A program made the translations under genes and the position numbers. Positions 8,281 to 14,779 of a stretch of DNA of 14,779 bases are shown here, one piece after another (positions within the stretch are counted from its first letter, which is position 1; each line of letters begins with the position of its first letter). Under the pieces are notes generated by a model that saw only the letters and a list, made by a program, of their open reading frames with translations, was not told the DNA's origin and did not search any database. Source of the DNA: Bdellovibrionales bacterium (GTDB lineage: Bacteria > Bdellovibrionota > Bdellovibrionia > Bdellovibrionales > UBA1609); contig JBFWVI010000067.1 of NCBI GenBank assembly GCA_050246815.1, forward strand, positions 1-14,779, given 5' to 3'.

Positions 8281-9302
8281 AGACTTTACTCATCACGGGT
8301 GGCGCGGGTTTTATCGGTAGCAACTTCGTGCGCTATATGTACTCGAAGTATCCCGACTACAAACTAGTGGTGCTGGATGCTTTGACCTACGCCGGCAGCA
8401 TTCACAATTTACCAGAAGGCAGCTTTGATTCGGACCGTTTTGAATTTTGGTACGGTAATGTTCGCAACGCTGAATTGGTCGACACCTTGATGGCCAAGTC
8501 CGACATGGTTGTGCACTTTGCCGCCGAGTCGCACGTGACCCGTTCGATCTACGATAACATGTGCTTCTTTGAAACCGATGTGTTGGGTACGCAAGTGATG
8601 GCCAACTCGGTATTAAAACATCGTGACCGCATCAAGATGTTCATTCACATCTCGACCTCTGAAGTTTACGGCTCGGCAGACCAGGACCTGATGAACGAAG
8701 ATCATCCACTGAATCCCATGAGCCCCTACGCCTCCGCCAAGTGCGGAGCGGATCGTTTGGTGTACTCGTACTGGCAGACCTATAAAATTCCGGCCGTGAT
8801 CGTGCGCCCCTTTAACAACTTTGGCCCCAACCAGCATTTAGAAAAACTGGTTCCGCGCTTTATCACCAGCTGCATCTTGGGCGACCCCCTGAAAGTGCAT
8901 GGCGATGGTTCGGCCTCGCGTGATTGGTTGCACGTACAAGATCACTGCGAAGCTTTGGATCGTTTGTTGCATATGCCGACTGAGCGCATCGAGGGTCAAG
9001 CCATCAACTTAGGCACTCGTCGCTCGTTGAGCATTTTGGAAATCGCCCATATCGTGAAAGAAAAAATGGGCACGTCCAATCGCGTCGACTTTATCGGCAA
9101 CCGTCCAGGCCAAGTGTTCCGCCATACCTGCGACGCCTCAAAAGCGCATCGCTTGTTGGATTGGCAACCCAAGATCCGCTTTGAAGACGGTATCGACTCC
9201 ACCATCAAATGGTATGTTGAAAACGAGCATTGGTGGCGCCCGCAAATGTGGATGCGTTCGATTCCAATCATCAACGCCGCCGGCAAAAAAGAGTTGCACT
9301 AA
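8277..9302 (+). CDS. NAD-dependent NDP-sugar dehydratase/epimerase (extended SDR), dTDP-glucose 4,6-dehydratase (RmlB)-like with atypical catalytic loop
   Basis: ITGGAGFIGSNFV, LDALTYAG, HFAAESHV, PMSPYASAK (YxxxK), NNFGPNQHLEKLVP, GDG..SRDWLHV.DH, RPG; but HISTSEVYG and HVTRS in place of STDEVYG and HVDRS. ATGA overlap with wbqC. Confidence 0.88.
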   Translation: MKTLLITGGAGFIGSNFVRYMYSKYPDYKLVVLDALTYAGSIHNLPEGSFDSDRFEFWYGNVRNAELVDTLMAKSDMVVHFAAESHVTRSIYDNMCFFETDVLGTQVMANSVLKHRDRIKMFIHISTSEVYGSADQDLMNEDHPLNPMSPYASAKCGADRLVYSYWQTYKIPAVIVRPFNNFGPNQHLEKLVPRFITSCILGDPLKVHGDGSASRDWLHVQDHCEALDRLLHMPTERIEGQAINLGTRRSLSILEIAHIVKEKMGTSNRVDFIGNRPGQVFRHTCDASKAHRLLDWQPKIRFEDGIDSTIKWYVENEHWWRPQMWMRSIPIINAAGKKELH

Positions 9303-9304
9303 AC

Positions 9305-10435
9305 ATGAATATTCCATTCTTCATGCATGATTTAGGGCAAGAAGAACTGGAATCAGTTGCCAAGGTGTTTAAGGGGCCGATTCTGACCACGGGTGAAACG
9401 GTGGCCCAGCTTGAAAAAGAGTTGGCCGCCTACTTAGACTGCAAACACGTCATCACCGTCAACAGCTGCACAGCTGGCCTGCACTTGAGTCTGATGGGTC
9501 TTGACATCGGCCCCGGCGACGAAGTCATAACCACGCCCTTGACCTTTGTGGCCACGTTGCAAGCTATCTGCTACGCCGGCGCAAAACCGATGTTGGTCGA
9601 TGTGGATCCCGCCACTGGCAACTTGGACGTGAACCAAGTTGAAAAGGCTATCACCAAAAAAACCAAAGCGATCCTACCCGTGCATCTGTACGGCCACATG
9701 GTTGATATGCGCGCCTTAAAAGAGATCGCGAATAAACATGGTCTGCGTCTGATTGAAGACGCCGCCCATTGCCTAGAAGGCATACGTGATGGCGTGCGTC
9801 CCGGGCAAATCTCGGACACGGCTTGCTTTAGTTTTTTCGCCACCAAGAACATCACCTGCGGCGAGGGAGGAGCCATCGCCACCCAAGACGACGCTTTGGC
9901 CGCGCGCCTTCGTTTACTGCGCAATCACGGCATGGACAAGACCTCGGCAGATCGGCATCGTGAGGGCTATCGTCACTGGGACGTGAATATGCTCGGTTGG
10001 AAATACAACATGAGCAATATCGAAGCCGCCCTGCTTTTGCCGCAAATCAAACGCATTGAAAGCAAACTCAAAATGCGCGTGCGTCTTTATGAAGAGTACA
10101 CCAAGCACCTTGCTCCCTTAAAAGAGTATGTGCAAATGCCCAAGGCCGAAGAATGTGAAGTGCACAGCCACCACCTGTTCACCGTATGGGTGCCGCGTGA
10201 ACGACGTGATCAGGTGATTGAGGGCCTGCAAAAACGCCAGGTAAGTTGCGTGGTGAATTACCGCGCTTGCCATTTGCTGAATTGGTTCCAAAAAGTACTA
10301 GGCCACAAACGCAACGACTTCCCAGTGGCCGAAAAGATTGGTGATCAGACTTTATCTTTGCCCTTTTATCCAACCATGCCCATCGAACACGTGGCAATGG
10401 TCGCACAACGACTAGAAGAGGTCATCCAAGAATGA
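9305..10435 (+). CDS. DegT/DnrJ/EryC1/StrS PLP-dependent sugar aminotransferase, ArnB-like (~376 aa)
   Basis: NSCTAGLHL, IGPGDEVITTPLTFVAT, PVHLYG, IEDAAH, FSFFATKNITCGEGG (PLP Lys), GWKYNM, LSLPFYP. ATG 9305 follows the upstream TAA (9300-9302). Confidence 0.92.
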   Translation: MNIPFFMHDLGQEELESVAKVFKGPILTTGETVAQLEKELAAYLDCKHVITVNSCTAGLHLSLMGLDIGPGDEVITTPLTFVATLQAICYAGAKPMLVDVDPATGNLDVNQVEKAITKKTKAILPVHLYGHMVDMRALKEIANKHGLRLIEDAAHCLEGIRDGVRPGQISDTACFSFFATKNITCGEGGAIATQDDALAARLRLLRNHGMDKTSADRHREGYRHWDVNMLGWKYNMSNIEAALLLPQIKRIESKLKMRVRLYEEYTKHLAPLKEYVQMPKAEECEVHSHHLFTVWVPRERRDQVIEGLQKRQVSCVVNYRACHLLNWFQKVLGHKRNDFPVAEKIGDQTLSLPFYPTMPIEHVAMVAQRLEEVIQE

Positions 10436-11370
10436 ACTCCACCTTAAGTCAACTGACCCTGGATAAAAATCGCATTCGCAGTGCCGGCGGCAAATTCCCT
10501 TATTCGATCTCAATGCTGACCTGGGCCTACAACGAAGAAGAAAATATCGAAGAGTTTTTGAACAAAGCCAAGATCTTCATGGACAACTTGAGCCTTGAGT
10601 ACGAACACATCCTGATCGACGACGCCAGCACCGATAAAACTCTGCAGCTTGCTGAAAAAATGGCGGCGAGCTATCCGCAGCTGCGCATCCACCGCAATGA
10701 AAAAAATATGAACTCAGGCTGGAACACTCGAGTCGCCATTCAGTTGGCCACCAAAGACGTGTTGTTCTGGCAAACTGCTGACTGGGCCTATGACATTTCG
10801 AATTTGAAAAAATACTTGTGGTCCTTCGCTGACTACGATGTGATTCAAGGTGTCCGCGCTATCAACCGCGGGCACTCGGGTTTACGTCGCAGTCTGCCGC
10901 TATTAGGCGACGTTGAGGTCTATCGTCGCTCGGACAATTTGCGTAAAGCTATTATTTCGGTGACCAATTATTTGCTGATTCGGATTTTGTTTCGCATGCC
11001 CGCTTTGGATTTTCAAAACGTCACGCTTTACCCGCGCAGCTTGGCCCAAGCCATTCGGTGCGAGTCCTTCACATCATTCACCAATCCTGAGTTGCTTTTG
11101 AACGCCTATTGGATGGGCTGCTCAATCCTGCAAGTACCGATTGATTTTATGCCACGCAAAAAGGGCGAAGCCAAAGGCACGCACTTACCCGCAGTACTTG
11201 CCTCAATTCGTCAGGTCTTCTTCTTCTGGGCCAAATGGATCCTACTCGGCCGCCGTCAGTATAAGGGCCGTGGTCAGCTGCACTTGCCGCAGACCAACCA
11301 ACTAAATGCTCTAGCTGACACGCGTAACTTACCGGTAGCTCCTCACTTAGACGCAGAAGGCCCCAGATGA
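10432..11370 (+). CDS. Glycosyltransferase family 2, DPM1/ArnC-like (putative polyprenyl-phosphate glycosyltransferase)
   Basis: AYNEEENI, IDDASTDKT, HRNEKN, DVIQGVR, D.Q, ELLL.A...G..I.QVPIDF.PR..GE.K. ATGA overlap with the aminotransferase. Confidence 0.8.
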   Translation: MNSTLSQLTLDKNRIRSAGGKFPYSISMLTWAYNEEENIEEFLNKAKIFMDNLSLEYEHILIDDASTDKTLQLAEKMAASYPQLRIHRNEKNMNSGWNTRVAIQLATKDVLFWQTADWAYDISNLKKYLWSFADYDVIQGVRAINRGHSGLRRSLPLLGDVEVYRRSDNLRKAIISVTNYLLIRILFRMPALDFQNVTLYPRSLAQAIRCESFTSFTNPELLLNAYWMGCSILQVPIDFMPRKKGEAKGTHLPAVLASIRQVFFFWAKWILLGRRQYKGRGQLHLPQTNQLNALADTRNLPVAPHLDAEGPR

Positions 11371-12353
11371 AACGTCAGCGAGTTTTTTTTCTACTGAAAC
11401 TAATGACGGGAATCATCTGCGTTTGGTTGGTCATTCATTTTGGCCACATGAATTTGCGCGAACTTGTGGCTTTAAAGGGCGGTTGGATTTGGATGGCGGC
11501 TGCCGCAAGCTGCATGATTGGTGAAATCGCTTTGGCCGCTATTCGCTGGAAGGTGATGCTGAAGGGCTTTAACCTTAACATCACCTCACTCAATAGTCTT
11601 CGCGCGATTTGGATCGGCCAGTTCTTGGGAACTTTCATGCCAGGCGCGTTGGGCTCGGACATCGTGCGCACGCTTTACCTAGTGCGCGATAGCCGCGAAA
11701 AACCCACACGCATTGCGGCCTCAGTCATTGGCGATCGTTTGCTAGGCCTTGTCGCGCTTTTAGTGGTTGCAAGTCTAAGCAGCTTTTTATTTTTAGGCCC
11801 CATGCCCCCAGCCATTGAAAAATTCATTCAGTTGATTCCGGTCTTCGCTGCTTTTTCAGCGCTAGGCACTTTGCTTGCCTTGGGTTTGCTTCTAAAACCC
11901 CATCTTTTAAGTTCCCACGTAGCGGCATTAGTTCACAAACTGATTGGCACTTTTCATAGCAAGGATTTATCGCTTGCATTGCTGTTTAATTTTTTCTTGG
12001 CGATCTTAAGTCAGCTGGGCATGGTGGCGATTTTTTACTGTCTTTGGCGCGCACTTGGTGAAGATATCGCCGCACTTGATGTGGGCAAACTGTTGATAGC
12101 GGTGCCAGTGAGTTTGATCGTGATGACGTTGCCAATCGCACCATCTGGCATCGGCGTGGGCCAAGCCGCCTTTGCGATTATTTTTTCGATGCTGGCCATC
12201 CCGTCCAAAACTTTGGGCGCCAACATGGTTTCGCTTTTTCAAGTGGTCTCCCTATTGACCAACCTGGTTGGAGTAGTGCCCTTTGTCGTCGGCAGGCGGC
12301 AAAAACATTTTGCCTTCGCGCCCCCCGAGGGACTGCAGGAGCAAAATGTCTAA
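11367..12353 (+). CDS. Lysylphosphatidylglycerol-synthase-TM / UPF0104 (flippase-like) membrane protein
   Basis: RWKVML, IGQFLGTFMPGALGSDIVR, DRLLGL and LPIAPSGIGV are typical family motifs; multiple TM segments; ATGA overlap with the GT2. Confidence 0.82.
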   Translation: MKRQRVFFLLKLMTGIICVWLVIHFGHMNLRELVALKGGWIWMAAAASCMIGEIALAAIRWKVMLKGFNLNITSLNSLRAIWIGQFLGTFMPGALGSDIVRTLYLVRDSREKPTRIAASVIGDRLLGLVALLVVASLSSFLFLGPMPPAIEKFIQLIPVFAAFSALGTLLALGLLLKPHLLSSHVAALVHKLIGTFHSKDLSLALLFNFFLAILSQLGMVAIFYCLWRALGEDIAALDVGKLLIAVPVSLIVMTLPIAPSGIGVGQAAFAIIFSMLAIPSKTLGANMVSLFQVVSLLTNLVGVVPFVVGRRQKHFAFAPPEGLQEQNV

Positions 12354-12753
12354 CGACCTACCTCCGACCGTGATCTTTTTCGACGGCGTCTGCAACTTGT
12401 GCAATGGTTTTGTGTCGACTCTGATTAGCTTGGATCGCCATAAAAAATTGCGCTACGCTAGCCTACAAGGCGCCACCGCCGTCCAGCAATTAGGCCAGCA
12501 AGAAGCGCAAGCCTTAGGCAGCATCGCGGTCCTACACCAGGGCAAGATCTATCGCGAAAGCGGCGCGGTTTTGCGCATTATGAAAAGCCTCGGCACACCT
12601 TATGCGATTTTAGCTTTCGTTTTTGGGCTTGTACCGAATTTTATGCGCAACATGGCCTACCGCCTTGTAGCCCGTCATCGATACAAATGGTTTGGACAAA
12701 AGGAGTTCTGCAGAATGCCCGCACCTGAGGAGCAGGACTTGTTTCTTCCCTAA
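12346..12753 (+). CDS. DCC1-like thiol-disulfide oxidoreductase (DUF393/YuxK family, ~135 aa)
   Basis: VIFFDGVCNLCNG (DxxCxxC), D....LRYASLQ, S.AVLRI, P...RN.AYRLVARHRYKWFG...C..P. ATG 12346 with AGGAG just upstream, overlapping the previous stop. Confidence 0.9.
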   Translation: MSNDLPPTVIFFDGVCNLCNGFVSTLISLDRHKKLRYASLQGATAVQQLGQQEAQALGSIAVLHQGKIYRESGAVLRIMKSLGTPYAILAFVFGLVPNFMRNMAYRLVARHRYKWFGQKEFCRMPAPEEQDLFLP

Positions 12754-12834
12754 TACACGCCTAGGCACAAGAGAGTCGGAAGAACTGATTTGTGTTTATG
12801 CCTTAAGCAGTTCAACTCACCATGTTCACTTTTA

Positions 12835-12859
12835 AGGGGCTCTCGAAAATAGAGCCCCT
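12835..12859. terminator. GC-rich stem-loop between convergent genes (possible terminator or RNA stabiliser)
   Basis: AGGGGCTCT (12835-12843), loop CGAAAAT, AGAGCCCCT (12851-12859): perfect 9-bp stem. No strong U-tract on either strand. Confidence 0.5.
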
Positions 12860-12889
12860 CACTTCTGGCCGACTTTACGAGTCAAATAG

Positions 12890-13837
12890 TCAATCCCCGA
12901 CTCGAACTAATTGAAAAATTACGTCATCAGAGGTCCCATTCGGATTGCCATCATCATGTGCACGAACAACATCACCTGCCGACAAACGCATTGTCGAAGC
13001 GATTTGGGTGGCAAAGTTAGACGTCGCCGTTGTTGATGATGCGCGCTTTCCATTGGCGTAGGTCACCGCACCAATGGCTGTAGTCAAAGAGCCCGAGTTT
13101 AAAGTAAGCCCAATATTGACCGCACCCGCAGAATATCGATCAGAATAAAACAGGGCATACACCCCTGGCACGTTAATCGTCACGCTCATACCATTTGCCG
13201 CGCTATCAGCGTATGTGGCAAAGCTGCCAAGCGTATTTTTACGAGTATTCGAAAATCGTCGAATTTTGTTATTTGTTGAACCGTGACCATTACCCGTATC
13301 CAAGTACAACTCGGCATCGTACGAAGTGTCGCGGCTTAGCACGCGCCAGTTAGCACCATCGCTAATAATGCGAATGACGTCATTTTGCCCTGCTAAAACA
13401 ACATTGGCCGCCCCATCTATGGTTTCTGTGGATGCACCGTCGACAATCACAGTGTTACTACTTGAGTCGATTTTTTTGACCTCGAACACTTTGCCGGCAC
13501 TGCCGACCGCTGTTGCCAAAGTTAAAGTTATGCTTGCCGATGCCGCATCACCAAGTAAAATATCTTCGCTTGTGGTCAAAGTGGTACTGCCACTTAGGGT
13601 ATCAATATTGAAGTTACTTACACTGCCGCCGGTCATATCCGTCCACGTACTGCCATTCCAACCGTAAAAGCGATTGGTGTTTGTTTCAAACACAATGTCA
13701 CCCTGGGTAACAGGGTCAATTGCATTTTTGTCATTCAGCGATGGCGCTCGAAATGACCAATCCATCGTGCGTGGGCTCGCGTGAGCCGTAATACTCAGTA
13801 AAAATGCGAAAGAAAGTAGCATACTTTTTGTTTTCAT
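12890..13837 (-). CDS. Secreted phage-tail-fibre-like protein with C-terminal C1q-like beta domain (putative adhesin)
   Basis: Strong RBS GGAGGA upstream; Sec signal MKTKSMLLSFAFLLSITAHA; GDIVFETNTNRFYGWNGSTW fibre-type motif; ITLTL..AVG..G....VKKID...TIDG...SDGANW segment; C-terminal VTINVPGVY...MRLSAGDVVRAH resembles C1q/TNF-like strands; Thr/Ser/Gly/Asn-rich. Confidence 0.6.
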   Translation of the reverse strand: MKTKSMLLSFAFLLSITAHASPRTMDWSFRAPSLNDKNAIDPVTQGDIVFETNTNRFYGWNGSTWTDMTGGSVSNFNIDTLSGSTTLTTSEDILLGDAASASITLTLATAVGSAGKVFEVKKIDSSSNTVIVDGASTETIDGAANVVLAGQNDVIRIISDGANWRVLSRDTSYDAELYLDTGNGHGSTNNKIRRFSNTRKNTLGSFATYADSAANGMSVTINVPGVYALFYSDRYSAGAVNIGLTLNSGSLTTAIGAVTYANGKRASSTTATSNFATQIASTMRLSAGDVVRAHDDGNPNGTSDDVIFQLVRVGD

Positions 13838-13868
13838 TTTTCCTCCTTGAATTGAAAACGGTCTTTTA

Positions 13869-13916
13869 GACTAAAAAAAATCATGTTTACTTGAAACATG
13901 TTAATTTTTTCTAGTC
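13869..13916. repeat. Long imperfect inverted repeat upstream of the fibre-like gene
   Basis: GACTA-A7-T-CATGTTT-acttg-AAACATG-tta-ATTTTTT-c-TAGTC; perfect core CATGTTT/AAACATG at 13882-13900. Confidence 0.55.
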
Positions 13917-14054
13917 CCAGACCATATCCACTAATAGCCGCATGCCGAATCAGTGTGTAGAATGTAGTCCCGGAACCACAGGCCCTCCTTCTAATGGGTA
14001 GACAATACCACCCATTGCCAAGCATCAATTGCTGATCAAGGATATTCCTTCACA

Positions 14055-14284
14055 ATGTCTTGTGCTTTTTCTGGACTTGAAGTTCCAATACAAAGAACTT
14101 AAAAACAACATCGATAGCGCCATAATAAGGTTTTGGATCGCGACCAGTTCATCTTAGGGCCAGAGTTGAGGCGTGCGAGGCCACGCCGTCTAAATACGTT
14201 GGTTCAAAACACGCGTTGACCTGCGCCAGTGGTGCCTATGCCTCGATCATGGCTTTGAACATAGATCCTAACTATAGTGGCGAT
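14055..14284 (+). pseudogene. Frameshifted 5' fragment of a WbpE/WlbC-type DegT aminotransferase
   Basis: Three frames join up: 14062-14124 VLFLDLKFQYKELKNNIDSAI; 14127-14165 KVLDRDQFILGPE; 14165-14266 VEACEATPSKYVGSKHALTCASGAYASIMALNID. This follows the WbpE-type N-terminal pattern FIDLK.Q...ID..I..VL..GQ(F/Y)ILGPEV..LE..L..YVG.K....CA.GTDAL..AL.AL. An out-of-frame ATG at 14055 has AAGGA upstream. Confidence 0.8.
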
Positions 14285-14488
14285 CGTTCCGACCTTTTCG
14301 TTTATCGCCACTGCTGAATACATCGTCAGAGCTAATGGAACCAAACATCTCGAGCGGAAAATATTTGTAGTGATCTGAACTTGACTCGTAGATCAAGGGC
14401 ACAATCCAGCGCATACTGAATGAAATAGAAAACAACAGCGCTACAATTAAAAAATGAGTCCTCAAAACAAAGTCCGTTCTTTATTCAT
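14268..14488 (-). pseudogene. Possible degraded N-terminus of a membrane-protein gene
   Basis: ATG 14488 reads MNKERTLF*GLIF and, after a frameshift, joins the hydrophobic LIVALLFSISFSMRWIVPLIY of the track ORF 14268-14465; it directly follows the epimerase gene. No recognisable family. Confidence 0.25.
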
Positions 14489-14532
14489 GAAAATGGTCAT
14501 CATGCATCTTTTTATTTGGCGAATATTCATTC

Positions 14533-14779
14533 CTACCCCAGCATAAGTTGGCGCAGAATTTTATGGCCGGCCCTGCCGTCACCGTAGAATTGTTCGTCAA
14601 AGACTGGCACGCGCCCCCATGACTGTTCAACTGCAGTCAGCAACTGTGCCTCAGGATCATCGATCAATTTGTTCGCACCGATTTCAACAAGTTCAACCCA
14701 CTCGGTTTCGCTCCTGAGGGTCAGGCAGTTTTTCCCTAAAAAGTAAGCCTCTGTCTGCACACCCCCTCTGTCGGTGATG
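14533..14779 (-). CDS. wecB: 3' end of UDP-N-acetylglucosamine 2-epimerase (non-hydrolysing; WecB/WbpI family), truncated by window edge, possibly degenerate
   Basis: The frame runs to the window edge: ITDRGGVQTEAYFLGKNCLTLRSETEWVELVEIGANKL...FYGDGRAGHKI, matching the family pattern TDSGG.Q.EA...PC.TLR..TEW.E...YGDG.A..KI. Confidence 0.85.
   Translation of the reverse strand, partial: ITDRGGVQTEAYFLGKNCLTLRSETEWVELVEIGANKLIDDPEAQLLTAVEQSWGRVPVFDEQFYGDGRAGHKILRQLMLG

Noticed and set aside
9230..9304. N-terminal extension of the DegT ORF
   Set aside because: Overlaps the SDR gene; MNIPFF at 9305 is a typical family start.
12283..12345. N-terminal extension of the DCC1 ORF
   Set aside because: Lies within the flippase-like CDS; the RBS supports ATG 12346.
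13326..13667. This and other short antisense or nested ORFs in the track (e.g. 3655-3999, 5678-5998, 7519-7860, 9571-9924)
   Set aside because: They overlap well-supported genes and show no protein-family motifs.
12890..13837. Prophage remnant
   Set aside because: The gene has a Sec signal peptide, and no integrase, capsid, terminase or other phage genes are in the window.
13834..14028. 64-aa - strand ORF overlapping the fibre gene start
   Set aside because: No recognisable motif; it spans the RBS and palindromes of the downstream gene, so it is probably non-coding.

Overview
Bacterial surface-glycan biosynthesis/tailoring region. The left edge holds the 3' end of a WbpD/WlbB-type N-acetyltransferase, followed by a GT-C-like integral membrane glycosyltransferase, a NeuD/PglD-like acetyltransferase (- strand), a radical SAM enzyme with a SPASM/twitch-like C-terminus (+) and an HTTM/LMF-like membrane protein (-). 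A tightly coupled 7-gene operon (5700-12753) encodes an AsnB-type amidotransferase, a WbqC-family protein, an RmlB-like SDR with an atypical active site (STSE rather than STDE), an ArnB-like DegT aminotransferase, a GT2 of the polyprenyl-phosphate (DPM1/ArnC) type, a UPF0104/LPG-synthase-TM flippase-like protein and a DCC1-like thiol-disulfide oxidoreductase. By inference this is an Arn-like route that makes a modified amino sugar, loads it on a lipid carrier, flips it and transfers it outside the cytoplasm, with unusual radical SAM and HTTM+DCC1 accessories. Downstream lie a secreted phage-fibre/C1q-like protein and a decayed region with a frameshifted WbpE-like pseudogene missed by the ORF track and a WecB/WbpI 3' end with eroded conserved motifs. 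All calls come from reading motifs by eye; no searches were run.
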